Source: Trypethelium eluteriae
Taxonomy: Eukaryota
Direction: 5' to 3'
Assembly: GCA_051942245.1 (NCBI GenBank)
Contig: JAVECL010000185.1
Coordinates: 1-38,555 of the forward strand
DNA: 38,555 bases
Shown in pieces: positions 1 through 12,200 of the stretch. The notes beneath the pieces were generated by a model. It had not been told where the DNA came from, did not search any database, and was given only the letters and a program-made list of their open reading frames with translations. The position numbers were made by a program, and so were the translations under genes. Within the stretch, counting starts at the first letter, position 1; each line of letters starts with the position of its first letter.

Positions 1-548
1 CCTCCTCCACCTCCTCCCCCATCACTTCCTGTCCGCGAGTCCCTGAGTGCTCGTGCCCCAAAGCTCATCCGCCTCGCGAACGGCGTCGCAGAGTTCCCAT
101 TCCCGGCTGCACTCGGCGTCGTTGCTGCCATGTCTGCGTCCTCGACTGCTGACTCGTCTAGTGTACCCGAGCCGGATCCGGTGCCGGAGTTGCTGCTCGA
201 GAAGGACTCGCCTCTTCCTCGGGGCCCGGATCCCGGTCCATTGTTATTAGAGGTGGTGTTGCTGCCGCCGAAGGGGCTGCCTTGCCCGGGTGCGGCGTTG
301 AGGCCGAGGGTTGTCAGGGAGAGACGGCGTCGCTGGGCTTGGGCGGCGGCGGAGGTGATGGGTCCGGGGAAGGGAGACGTCGTGTGGGGAGGGGAGGATG
401 ATGACGGCGGGGAGTACCGGGAGGTGGAGCCTGGGCTGGAGCCTGGGCCGAAGAGGTCGGCGAAGGTTTGGCCAGCGAAGGAGGAGCGGCGGCGGGAGGT
501 AGCGGTCGCGGGAGGGGAGGAGGAATTTGTCGTGGGTTCGTCGGACAT
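1..548 (-). CDS. Hypothetical fungal Ser/Gly/Pro-rich protein, 5' part (runs off window start)
   Basis: Not in the ORF track because it has no stop inside the window. ATG at 548 (context ACAACC-ATG) opens MSDEPTTNSSSPPATATSRRRSSFAGQTFADLFG...AQAQRRRLSLTTLGL...TPFARRMSFGARALRDS to the edge. Codons are C-ending biased and RRxS motifs repeat. The + strand ORF 130..576 is its antisense shadow. Confidence 0.75.
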   Translation of the reverse strand, partial: MSDEPTTNSSSPPATATSRRRSSFAGQTFADLFGPGSSPGSTSRYSPPSSSSPPHTTSPFPGPITSAAAQAQRRRLSLTTLGLNAAPGQGSPFGGSNTTSNNNGPGSGPRGRGESFSSSNSGTGSGSGTLDESAVEDADMAATTPSAAGNGNSATPFARRMSFGARALRDSRTGSDGGGGGG

Positions 549-1060
549 GGTTGTTGGTGATTTGTATGAGGACTAGGCCCTCGGTTCAGCTGGTTAAGTG
601 GCTCCTGTTCGTGGGAATGAGGCAATTGGTCGATATCAAGGCTGAAGATTCAAAATAACAAAGTTGTAAGTCAAGCGTTGAGGAAGTCGGCTTGTAGATG
701 GTTTATAAGCGTTGTTGTAAAGTTTGATGGCTTGAGAGTATGAGATAGATTCCGTCAACAAGAGGTTACGTCAGACGGTGAAGCACGGATCACTCTGTAG
801 CCTAAATGACAAAGACCGATAACCCGAAGAATGAAGCAGAAGGACAAACACAGCGACTCCTGAATTCTAACGTCTCAGACTGGAAGGAGTGGCCTAGGAT
901 GGAAGTGGAATGCAGAGGCAGGAGGAACGAAGAAGGCAGAGGGTCTCGTGGGGGGAAACAACGGGAAAGAGCTCACAAGCTGACGCGCATATGGCAGCTA
1001 GCGGAGCCGGCTCCTTTCCCAGAACGATCTAGTATCGCGCCAACCCCGCATCGAGGGGAA

Positions 1061-1133
1061 GCTTAATCTGCGTCAATCTGCATCCATCTGCATTAACCTG
1101 CACTAACCTGCACTAACCTGCACCAATCTGCAC
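1061..1133. repeat. Degenerate 10-bp tandem repeat (~7 copies, consensus CAYTAAYCTG)
   Basis: gcttaatctg cgtcaatctg catccatctg cattaacctg cactaacctg cactaacctg caccaatctg cac. Confidence 0.85.
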
Positions 1134-1831
1134 CCTCTCCACCCTTCGAGCATTGTTCTCTCTGGACCCTGGCGGATCTGCCTGGCCGACGCTGGGCCTG
1201 GATCCCTTTATGGTCTACCGCGATTGCCTTCAATCTCGACCCGAACCACTGATTCTCCAGTCAAGTCAGACAACGCTGCTGACACACGTCACTCCACGAT
1301 GACATGGCCTGCATGTCGCATGCTGTGGTTCCGCAAAGGCACCCGACAGGCATGCAACGACTAAAGGTATTACCCGTTCAATCGAAACACGCAAGGATGT
1401 TCCGAAGAAGCAAGTCGCTGAAATTGGCAGTAAAGCTCTATACATGAGACAATTTCCAACATCCTGGCGTAATGGCTTGCAAGATAAGCTTCACAGAGAA
1501 CGGCCCTCCAAAATGTCAGTATGATCGATTCGAGCAGGTAGCCTCTATAGTGACTAATCCAATACATCAATCCCGGGTCAAGTCTATTCGATGGCACCAG
1601 GCCTTGAGAAGAAAATCTGAGAATTTTAGGTTGCATGAAAGACATATTAAGCTTCTTCAGTCATCCCAGATCCAGTCCAGGAGGAGAGGGGAGGGGGAAA
1701 ATTGAAAACGACTTCCCGAGAGTCTCAGATAGCAAGCAAAGTAATGTAAGAGAACAACAAGAACGATGAAAAAGCACTTAGCCCCGCCAATGTAATATGA
1801 TACAGTGAAAGAGACAAGGCCACGCCAGTCC

Positions 1832-3292
1832 TTACCTCCCTCTTTTTGGCTGAGAGCTCCCCTCCTCAGCGTCACCGCCTCTTTTCCTCCCAGCCGCAAC
1901 CCCTTTCCCAGAAGCTGCCCCTCTCGGTGCAATCAGATCTCGCAAGGCAGCGTAGTACCTATCAGGGCCGCCATTCCTCTTGATCTGATCCATGATCTGC
2001 ACGACGGCATCGCGACGATCCTGCAACACTTCCGAAGGGAACCGCCTCAAGAGATCAATCATGAACAGCTGAGAGCTCGGTGGTGGTGTCCGCACCAGGC
2101 GCACGTAGAGGTTCCGGTCGCGCTGGTCCGTCGGAGCCTGCACTTGCGAGGCCCAGGGCTTGCCCACGTAGATATCCGTGTTGCGAGTGACGACCCCATG
2201 AATGACCTGGAGCAAGATGCGGAGAGAGATGCGGACGAAAGGTGTCTCGGGATTCGAGCGAAGCGAGGCCTGTATATCCTCAATGGCTTCCTCCAGCGCG
2301 GCTGCGCAACCGGATACTGGCGACCCAGGCGATGCGTCAGCGGGAGGGCCGACCCTTGAATAGAGGTCCAGTGTGGCGAATGCGTGCTCGACTTTATTCC
2401 GATTATCCCTGTCAAAGCGAAGCTGGGCGCAGAGATCCGGATCCAGTGCATTGCGAAAGCGTTCAAAGATGCCACGGTCTCTCTCCGCAACTTCGCGAAC
2501 AGCCTGGTCCAGCGCCTCATATGCTTCGTGATACGGCGTTTCGTCCTGAGGTGCAGGAGCGAACGGTGTCAGCATATCATTCAGCTCCTCGTCCCGGCGC
2601 TGAGAGAAATCATCGCCCGGCTCCGCCGCTGCTGGAACCAAGGGCCAGTCGCCGCTGGCGGACAAGCGATCGATGCCATTCTCGAGGATCCACTGATGAA
2701 GTTGGGTTCCCGAGATGGTGGATCCGTCGTTGACGAAGGACCAGTTCCGGTGAGGGTTTCGGGCTCGGACCAGCTGGTATTCTAGCCACCAGATGTGCTT
2801 GCAGGGGGACTGCTGGCTACAGGTGCACGTGGCGATGTTGGGATCGCCGTCCGACGGGCCGATGCGGATCCCGATCTGTTCGAGGAGATTGAAGTTGAAG
2901 TAGGTGGCACCGTCGAAGTCCCAGGAACGGCAGTGGCTGATCGAGAGCTCATCAGCGTCGAAGGCTCGGCGGGCTTGCTCTTCGGTCCGAGGGGTCATCT
3001 GGTCATAGTCATAGCCACTTCCCGGAAGGGTCGCGAAGCTACCTCGATCAGTATCGCCGCCGACCATTTCTTCTTCGCTCTCATCTTCTGATGTGCTTGA
3101 TTCCGAGTCTGGAGATGGTGCTTCGCGCTGCTGGGCCTCGGACCCAGTACTGGCTTCCCCCGCACCGGATCGAGTGCGTACCATGGGTCGGGCAACACTT
3201 CTAGTGTCTGGTCTTGAGCCAGCTGTGGCTTCCTCAATTGTAAGACGTCGCAGCCTCTCAACAGGAGCGGGAGGAGATGATCGTCGGGGCAT
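1832..3292 (-). CDS. SWIM-type zinc finger protein, 486 aa, single exon
   Basis: Intact long ORF with a CxC-x5-CxH motif (ATCTCSQQSPCKHIWWL), an acidic N-terminal region and a basic C-terminal NLS-like tail (GRKRGG...PKRGR). Confidence 0.8.
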   Translation of the reverse strand: MPRRSSPPAPVERLRRLTIEEATAGSRPDTRSVARPMVRTRSGAGEASTGSEAQQREAPSPDSESSTSEDESEEEMVGGDTDRGSFATLPGSGYDYDQMTPRTEEQARRAFDADELSISHCRSWDFDGATYFNFNLLEQIGIRIGPSDGDPNIATCTCSQQSPCKHIWWLEYQLVRARNPHRNWSFVNDGSTISGTQLHQWILENGIDRLSASGDWPLVPAAAEPGDDFSQRRDEELNDMLTPFAPAPQDETPYHEAYEALDQAVREVAERDRGIFERFRNALDPDLCAQLRFDRDNRNKVEHAFATLDLYSRVGPPADASPGSPVSGCAAALEEAIEDIQASLRSNPETPFVRISLRILLQVIHGVVTRNTDIYVGKPWASQVQAPTDQRDRNLYVRLVRTPPPSSQLFMIDLLRRFPSEVLQDRRDAVVQIMDQIKRNGGPDRYYAALRDLIAPRGAASGKGVAAGRKRGGDAEEGSSQPKRGR

Positions 3293-5003
3293 TGGATAAG
3301 ACTGTAATCTGAAAGCTTTGAAAGAGAAGGAGCGGAAAGGAATCGCATTATTTAACCTTTTCTTGGTGTTGCTTCGCCGTAATGGAAAGACGGGAGAAAA
3401 ACGACTTTGGATAGGGAAAGGACCTCACTCTCAGCCATGTCTGGCGCCTATCTGCGCTAGGCAGCCGCGCTCAAGCATCTGTAGCCACGGAAGATCTGTC
3501 TTGAACGCTGTATTATGGTTTGATAAGGCATCTTATTGGCCTGGGCGGCAGATCTTTTGCGGGTGAGTTTCTACGCCGTTCTATCAGGCAACGAGACGGA
3601 CGAGGATAGCGGTCACCGAGTTAGTACTGATCTAGGCTACCAACCTCAGGGCAATGGAGACAGGAGGTTAGGAGAACCATTGACTTGATGAGCCTCTCCA
3701 CAGCGAAGATGTTCCATGGTTACGAGCGGCGCGGAGAACCGTTGTATAGGGAAAAGGGGAGTGGGCGGCACAGTCTCTCTGAGATGAGGCTCGCTCCTCA
3801 TTCGTCGAGGCTCTGACGTGCATACGATGGCGCAACTCGACGCACAGACAGTGCAAACCTAAACCGCTACATTTTGCAGAGAGGCTAGTCAGCACGACAG
3901 AGGGTCAGTGGTTGAAGGGAAGGTGAGGTCGGTGAATGGTGCTGGACACGCGGGAAATGATCGATTTATCGTCAGCCGCGGCGAAGCGCTAGCGAGAGTC
4001 GGCTAGGTTGGTCGAAGGTACCTGGTGGGTTTGGCCCTCAGCCACAGCAGGAGCGAGGGAGGTATGGGAAGGTGCAGAACACGTGGAACTGCGAGATGCG
4101 TCACCGAGACCAAGGTCATGGACGTTCTGCCTTACCTTACAGTCATCACCATCATCACAACAGTCGCAATCACTGCCAGTGCCATCTCTGTGCCATGAGA
4201 TTTCATCGCAAAATGCTACCAATACAGTAATGATCGCAGTGCCAGAGTCGCGCCCTGACCAGTCCAACATGGCTTGTATCAGCTTGCGCCGTGCAGACTG
4301 AAAACTTGAAACGAAACGAAACACAACAACCTCCCACTCCCACGAGCTCCAGCATCGAGCTTTCCAGCCACTTTCATGCATATCCTCTAAGCTTGGATGA
4401 GGGGCACATGAGCTCTGCTCCCCGCTTGTTCTATTTTGAGCAGTTTTTGGGGCACGCTGACTAAATCCTCGTCATCGTATTCGTAGGTGAGCCTTGTTCA
4501 GTATAGGTAATTTTCGATGCCAATCCATTTCCACCAGCCAGCTTTGAAACACAGTAGATATTCCCAGATCCGGTCGGAACTTGCCGCAAGGCTCACAAAA
4601 GGAATGTATCATTGGTCGGGTCGCCACCAAACTCGATGTCGATCCTGGTCTACGTCCTGAGGTCCAACGTCTACTGCGCAACATATTAGGATCGCAAGGA
4701 GTCGGCAAAGCTTCTCAAAGAACAGAGCGAATGTTACGGGGACTATGGCCGCATCTGGCTTCGGGCTTCCACATCTGGCGAGGGTTTGTAACGCGATGAA
4801 GTCGTTATCGCTGCTTGGAGATGCGAAGGATCGTACAAATTTATCATCACCGCCGGCAGAGTCACAGTCGATCAGGGTCCTGCCCGACCGGTGGCCCCGA
4901 GCAAGCTCCTTTGTGGCTAGGAGAAGCCTTGCGTCTATGCCATTGTAAGCTCTCAATGCCTACATACCTCAGGACTTGATCCTACTCACGGCATCAAGCA
5001 CGC

Positions 5004-5448
5004 TTATCCCGAGCTCCGTCCACCGCGCGACCCTGGCTGCGACGAAGCGTCTCGAGAGTCTTGACCCGAACTCTGCCCTTTTGCTTTGCCGGACGAGATG
5101 ACATGCCTCATGTTCACCCCGCCCCATGGAAGGCCGGATAGATCGTTCCTGCTCTCGACCTCTCCTGCCTCTGGGGTTTTGTAGGTATTGCCGGCCCGCT
5201 TCCGGTTTTCGGCTTCTCGCTCACTGTCTTCCTTCGCTTGTTTTGCCTTCTCTCCTGTCATGCAAAGTTGGCTCGGAAAAGCAGGGAGAGAACAGATGAC
5301 GAGGCCTGAAAATAGACTTACTGAATTTTCTCTGAGCGAGCTTGTTCTGTATCTTCCGTCTCTCGGCCGGGTCAGTGACGTTGGACCAATCATCACCACC
5401 AGCTGCACTCGAGGACTCTGCACGTCCGCTTTGATCTCGATCAGCCAT
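5004..5448 (-). CDS. Small bZIP-type transcription factor, ~125 aa; exons 5448-5322 and 5254-5004
   Basis: DDWSNVTDPAERRKIQNKLAQRKF|REKAK basic region, rejoined in frame across a 67-nt GTAAGT...CAG intron (5321-5255). The C-terminal DLSGLPWGG motif is typical of this fungal bZIP group (from recall). Confidence 0.85.
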
Positions 5449-8025
5449 GTCGCTTTAGTGACTCGGTAGTTCTCGTTCTTCAAGTATTGCGCGTGGTCTT
5501 GCAAAAAGGAAGAGACAGGAACGAATAAGTACAGGCGAAAGGGTTGGAAGAATGAAAAATGAGTAAGGAGAGTGATGAGACAGAAAAGGAAATCGCTGGA
5601 GTAGAGAACAAAAGGAATGGTTGTGTAGTGTGGGAATGATAGCAGTCTATCAAGTTGGCGAGGAGTTAATATATACACCATGAATCTAGTGTCACCTCTT
5701 CGTAGGATGCAGTGACTCGTCGTGTCAGCTACAGCTCAAGAGGCTGTGCGGAGTGCTGGTGTGTTGTATGATGGGAATTCGATTATAGAAAATAATCCCA
5801 ATGGAGATCTCACATACTGGAGTAATACCATTGTAAGCCGCGCAACTCGTGGAGACGAGAATCAGAACAAAAGGTGACCGGTTGCCAAGGCGTACTCGTA
5901 AGTCGCCGTGCTCATGCCAGTTCGGGTGGGGCTGTTTCGGTAAGAGATAATGGAATAGACGAAACGTAAAGCACATGGCATCGAAGGAGCGCAACGGGCC
6001 GCGGTGAAGTCTAGTAATCGCAGATCAGATCTTAGAAGTAATAGTGACCAGGAAGCTTTTGAGCTCCAACAATGGAACAAAAAGCAAGTAGCTTTTACTA
6101 GCACTTTCTGAAAGGGGTCTGCTGGAAGCCAGACTAGTTTGATCATGTCACTAGCCACTGAAGCTGTCAATTGAGCGGAAAAGGCCTAATTGCCTGCTAG
6201 TCGAGCGTTGACGTCTAGAAATGCAGGGCCGAGGGCCGGAGTCAGGTATTCGGTGCCTATTTGCCGATGAGACAGGCCTAACGCGTACAGCTATAGAAGC
6301 AAATAGCTCTGATAGGCCGCAGCACTGTTGACATTTACACACCAAAAGCGTGCGGCTGGAAAGTAGTGCTAAGCTGGTTATCTTAGACGGGTACAACGGA
6401 ATCGTCAGCCCTAGGGTAGACGAGGGTGAGAAATCGTATCGAGCCTTTGGTGTGCCCCAAAATGTAGCCGCGTCCTTCGAGCTATTTTCCCTATCATTTG
6501 TGGCTGCCCTGAGAGAATGTAACTAAAGACAGTGGTTTGGATCTGGTCATGGTGGATATAGTGGAGACATGAGGGGGGCAAAGCGAGACAGAACAACAGG
6601 TCGACATCCTTACAATAACGATTCCTCAGGCATCCTCCCAAGCAATGAAATCTGTTCCAGGATCGACGACCGAACAGACGATATCTAGCATGGGGCCATG
6701 ATTCGTCCGATAGCACGCTCCACGAGCATCTATAGCCGGTAGGGTTGGACATGGCAAGTCTATCCGTCTGACGTAGATTTAACAGACGTATGGAGCCATT
6801 CAACGTACAGGAAAATCCATGTGTCTTTTCTTCTCTATTCCGCTAGCGGGATCTAATGAGCGCTGAAAGCATTGGAGAGCTGGGCTGTCGGTGTGTCCAG
6901 GGAGCGAACGACTGCAGTGGCAGGCTACTTGATCTTGGTAGCGGTCGATCATGGTGAAAAGCGCACAAAGAAAGAAGCACCGAAGTTTGGAGCGTCCAAG
7001 CTCGAAGATCTACGTTATGAAAATAGGGACGAGCAGTGCGGAGGCGTAACTATCCGGGAGGCTTCACACCGCGAAGGAAGGGCGGCTGGTGTTGGAGGGC
7101 AGGTGAAATCGAGATGGTCGAGCCACAGTCAAATGATGGGTATCTGGTTCCGATGGCTGCCCTTCGAGTGGGTTTCGCGCCTTCGATGCTTTCAATGGCT
7201 AGAGCGACGAGATGGCCAGCGTAAGAGTGGTCGAACTTTCGTCCGCTTACTGTGGCTAATGATCAAACGATCTACGGCCTCCCCCCATTTAGCAACCTTG
7301 AACTCACCTGCTAGGGACCGACGATCACCACAACCACCTAATCGTCCTGGCCGCGGCCTTGGTGCGGCAACCACTTGCGGTCTACTATATTTGCATGGCT
7401 GCTGGAAGACTCGTGAACGTAATTTGCCTGTCGAGTCCTCCGATTGGGGCTCGGCTTGAGCTCAGCTTTCTCCGAGTCTCGCCTTTGCAGCAAACACCGC
7501 CTTGGAATGCTCAAGAAGCCGCCTGGCCATCTTGATTTGTGTGTAAAGTGCAACGCTGTCTCACCGTAAATAAAGACCGAAGGGAATAGCATATCTTTGC
7601 ATTAGAATCCATCTTTGTCGGTGAACTGAGGCGCGGCACGGACAGAAGCTCACCGAGGCGCGGCACTGCCTCCTCGAACATTCACGGTCACTATAGGATC
7701 AAATAGCGGTCTTCACGGTCTACAGGATCGCTCTCGCAATCAATATTGTAACGCTGGTGCCTAGAAGGCGGAATTTTGCAACTTTCAAGCCCCGACTTGA
7801 GATGGAAGTAGTATTTGGAATTATCAGCCGGAGAAACCCAAGAGGTTATCAGAACCCACAACCCGGGTATCCAGCTTACAGACTTCCGACGTCTATATTA
7901 CAGAGAAGTTGCCGAAGAGTAGTAATGAGTGCGTCATGCTTAAACCGCACGATTCAGGGAATGAGAAGAGCAGCCACCAGTGTCAACTCGGGTCCCTCTA
8001 TTCGCCGAGCTTACAGCTTTCCATG

Positions 8026-8904
8026 CTAATAGGTGGCAAATTCCGCCGGCGTAATTGGCTCAGGGATAGGTTGAGGAGGTTCAAAGTCAAAATACATTTT
8101 GACATTCCCCTTCCAAGTACTGGGCGTGTTGGTGGTGTGCTCGTTGTCCGTAGGGCCTCCCATCATCTCACTTGACGAAGGAGAGGGTAGGGAGTCTCCT
8201 TGACGAAGACTTAAAATTTTTTCTACAGCTTCCAACAAAATCAGGTCGGTCTTGTTCGTGGGGACAGCCCCGTCAATGAGCACGTCTCCACCCTGCGTCT
8301 GGTTCTGGGCCCACATTTCGACCGTGCCTTGAGTATGATCGGCCACTGGCGCTGCCGAGGATTCCGTTGTTTTGGTGATTGCTTGGTCCATTGTGTTAGC
8401 TATTAATATTCCATATTACAGACAGAACGCCTGCCATTCCTTGTACTTACCTAAACCTTGCACGGCCACAAGAACATCGGGAAACATAAATGACGCCGGG
8501 TCATCGCACATCACGGTCCTGAAACTCTGACACTCGCCGTAGATGGAGGAAAATTCCTCCAAGGCACCAGTGTTGCCTGCGTGGAGTGCAGCAAGGGATA
8601 TGAAGTGAAGTCTATTTCGGACGTCGTGTGCCCAATTGTACACTTGGAGCTTGTACCCGCGAAGGTCATCAGGAAAGCTGGCTTGCTTGGTAACGCTGAT
8701 CGGTGATAAAGAAAAAAGGTTAGCCCTGCTCCTCCGTCCCTGAACGGACCCATGAGAACATCATGATGATCCAGTTGGTTTTACATACAGAAGCAACGCA
8801 AGTAGCTTGGTGTCCAATTCGTCGGCGAGGCTGCATGCCACGTTCAACCCAGACCCTTGCAAGGCATACTGAGGTAAGGCGTTCTGACTTATATCAAGCA
8901 ACAT
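8026..8904 (-). CDS. Probable 3-exon orphan protein, ~238 aa; exons 8904-8789, 8695-8451, 8381-8026 (start uncertain)
   Basis: Two introns with consensus signals: GTATGT..GCTAAC..CAG (8788-8696) and GTAAGT..GCTAAC..AAG (8450-8382). Both join open frames in phase and link track ORFs 8416..8643 and 8026..8391. No family recognised. Confidence 0.55.
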
Positions 8905-9275
8905 ATCTGCGGCTGGACTTAGGATGGCTGCATTAGCGTGGGAAATTATACCAATAGGATGGGTAAGGTGTGCACACTTGATTGTCGTAGAGGCTTTAAT
9001 ATTTCAAGGATGCGTTGGTGGGAGTGAAGAAGCGTGCAGGGTGCAAACAGCTTTCGCATGCGGCAAGAGTACAAGGGAGAAAAGCTGGCTGCGGCAGAAG
9101 TGAAAAGACAGACGTTCGTGTCACCATGAGGATCGCATGTGCGAGGGGACAGGGCTGACATAGTGATACCCAGAGATCAGTCAACCGAGCCTATAATCGA
9201 TTCTGAAACGGTGTCGGAGCTGCGAACTTGTCCGCTCCATACATATACAGGCACATCCAGGCAGAAATGTATTTC

Positions 9276-12200
9276 TCATTCCAATCGCTTTAAGAGAGAC
9301 CAATACCGACGCGATACCCAAGTTTGGTGAAGCTTCGGAAGCAAGTCGCGCAGGCGAGTTGTATCAAAGGGAAGCTCTTCGTCCCTTATCACATCCAGAA
9401 TGTAGCTAGTTACCGTATTCGGAGAGAGTGGCGGGCTTTTGAGTGTTGCCGCAATGTTGCGGACACTCATGCCCTGCTGATGCCAAAGTGCGTACGCCTG
9501 CAACTGCCGAGACCTGGATTTTGGCTTGGCTCCTTCAGGCAGTCTTCGCATCCAGTCTTTGACCCAAGCGTCTGCTGATGATAGCTGTAGAGTCATTGCC
9601 GCCCGCGCCTCATTATATTGCGTTGTCACTGTGATGGCTTCTTCAATACCCATTGACTGCAGACAAGCAGTTAGATCAGGGTACGCAATCGCCCCCTGCG
9701 GAACATCTTCTTCAACTCCTGTCGAATGGCCTTCTCCCGAAACAGCTTCCACCACTTCCATGTCACTTTTCATTCCCTGTATGTCTCCCTCGGAAAGCAT
9801 TGGTGTCCCTTCCTCTGCTGATGAGGCAGATCCGTATAGCTCTGAATGGGAATCTGCATCATCAACATCTGACACATCGGCCTGTGTGGTGTTGACTGGT
9901 TGCTCTAGCTCATTGGCTGATAGCTCTAGCTCATTGATAACTGGCATTCTTAAGTTTGCATCTACCATCTCGGGCCGAGGCGGAATAGGATTGAGGCTGA
10001 GTCTCTTTGCTTCTAACTCATGAAAGAGTCGGAAGCCTGCGTAAGCGTCTGCGGCGGCATATTTGACCTGTTCATAGTTCAATCGCGCTGACCAATCGCT
10101 TGTACGAACACCATCTTTCCGCAAAGGAAGCAAAAGGTGATGCTCGACCTGCTTTGCGAGCGACACCAGTCTCTTGCTCGGTTTTCCTCCATAACCTGGA
10201 AGAGTTACAAGGTTGTGGAGACGACTGAGCTCAAAACAACCCTCAAACACGAGACCCAAATATTTCCACACTCGTTTGAAGTCCCCTCCGATGTTCACGC
10301 CTGACTTGATGATGTCTGGAGATTGAAGAATTTCCTTGAGCTTTGGACCAATGAGTTCGTCAACGCTGTCACCCTTATACAAAGACAAGTGGAAGACGGC
10401 TATTGTCGCATCGCAAGCAATTTGGATAACAGACACGTGCTCCTTGATTGATGAGCCACCTATCTTCCATTCCATGTCAAAGCCAATCACCCTCTCCTTT
10501 GCAAAAATTTGGGCGGCTTCTTCTGACTGTTGAAGGGTCGTGCAGTAGCGCACAGACGGGGATCTGCCATCTGGACCACAATATCTAAGATGCGACCAAT
10601 AATGTTCTTTCCCACCTCTATAGGCGGCAAGGTCTCTACTCATATCATCATCGGGGATCCGATACAGAAGTTGGCCAAGTTCATCGTCTTCTGGATCTTC
10701 CGCTGTATCAGCACCCAGTTGGTCAGACTCGCTCGGAGGTCTACCACCAGATACCGCAGACCTATGCAAAGTCTTTCTACCATCGAGCTTGACGTCTGGT
10801 GAGCAACCCAACTTCGTATTTGTACTACCGCGCAGCGCTGGATGCCCATCGACCTGAGCAATCGTAGAGGTGTGATATCTAGCTTTATTGGAGGAAGCCA
10901 AAGAAGATAGCCCTGGGCTAGGTCGTTTCGCGGATGAAGAAATGGCCGCTTGAGGTCCCGAACGTTTATGATTGATAGATCTCCGACGTTTGGATACAAT
11001 ATCTCCAGAATCGGATTTTGAACGGCCAGGAGTCTCTTGTGTTGGCCTGGCCGCTTTCTGATCAAGTTGAGCATTTTGTGAGTCTCCGGCCGTACTAGAC
11101 TGCTCTTTCCTCTTGCCCGCTCGGCGAGTGCGTTTCCGGGTGTCTCTCGTGCCACGTTCCATTTCACCCACACGCTCTGCATATTTTCCAGCTTCTTTGT
11201 CCTGCATCCTCTTTTGTGGCCTTTCGGCCGCATCGTTCGTAGACAAAAGTCGGTTATATCTAGTTGTATGCCCGCGGTCTTCTGTGCCTTTACTACTACC
11301 CATTCTTCCTGCTTTGATGCATACCATCGAATTGGAGGATGGAAGATCGGGATCTGTTTTCGAGTCAACTTTCCCTCGCTTTGTCGGTCTTGCAGCTGTG
11401 ATCTTGCGTTTCGACGAAAGTTTACGACCAGACTGAGCCGCAGAATCATTGCCAAGGGTGTAAGATAGCCGATCTCGCCTACTACGTAGATGTAGAAGCC
11501 ATTTCGACCTTGCCTGTACAACTTGTGGTGTCGGTGGAAGCTTCCCAAGCTCATTCCACCAGAATCGTGCAATGTGCCTACAGGTCATAGAATCTAATGC
11601 TGAGGCAGCAGTGTCTGCTCTCTGGCTTTCGACAATCTTGGCCCGCCAAAGCTGGTGAAGCTTCCATTTGAAATTCGGTGCAATTTGAGGCTCAGCGTCC
11701 AGAGAAAGTTCCGTTTGTTGCCACAGGAGATCAATGTTGGAACGAGTGGCTTTCCAAAGTAGGAGACCATTTTGCCCGAAGTTTCTCAGACGCGCCAATA
11801 ACTCTGATAACGCCGGGGATATGTTCACTCTTCCCTTCGGGCTGAATGCAATGTGTGCCAGGATATGTTTAGGCCATTCGTTCAAGGCGAGAGCACTCTT
11901 GCTCATGCGAGCGAGATAATGTATAAGGTAATGGATCTGTAGCTTCTCTTGCCTTCGAGGGGTATTGGGCAACTCAAGGAGGCTAAGCTCGAGCCTATTG
12001 ATCAAGCCCGACTGGCTTGCGATGTGTCTATGCAGCCAAAGCACTTCACAAAAGAAAACCTCGGCCTCATGCCAATATTCAATGAAGCGCTCGCTGCCAA
12101 GAGCCTCCAGTCTTAAGGGATTAGTGAACGTAGGGGTTGGCCATTTATCAAAACCTGGACCCTTATATTCTAATCGCTCCCATTGTTTCGCTTCGTCCCT

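Noticed and set aside
130..576. Plus-strand 148-aa ORF, and minus-strand ORF 314..625
   Set aside because: These are antisense or alternate-frame shadows of the minus-strand gene starting at 548.
3300..5000. Short ORFs and scattered splice-like signals between the SWIM and bZIP genes
   Set aside because: I could not assemble a coherent in-frame model or recognise a motif; treated as UTR or promoter DNA.
6872..7459. 195-aa plus-strand ORF
   Set aside because: It has a TTG start, Arg/Trp-rich non-coding-like composition and no domain.
10640..11572. 310-aa alternate-frame ORF inside the exonuclease gene
   Set aside because: It has no recognisable motifs and is fully nested in a longer ORF; likely a by-product of codon composition.
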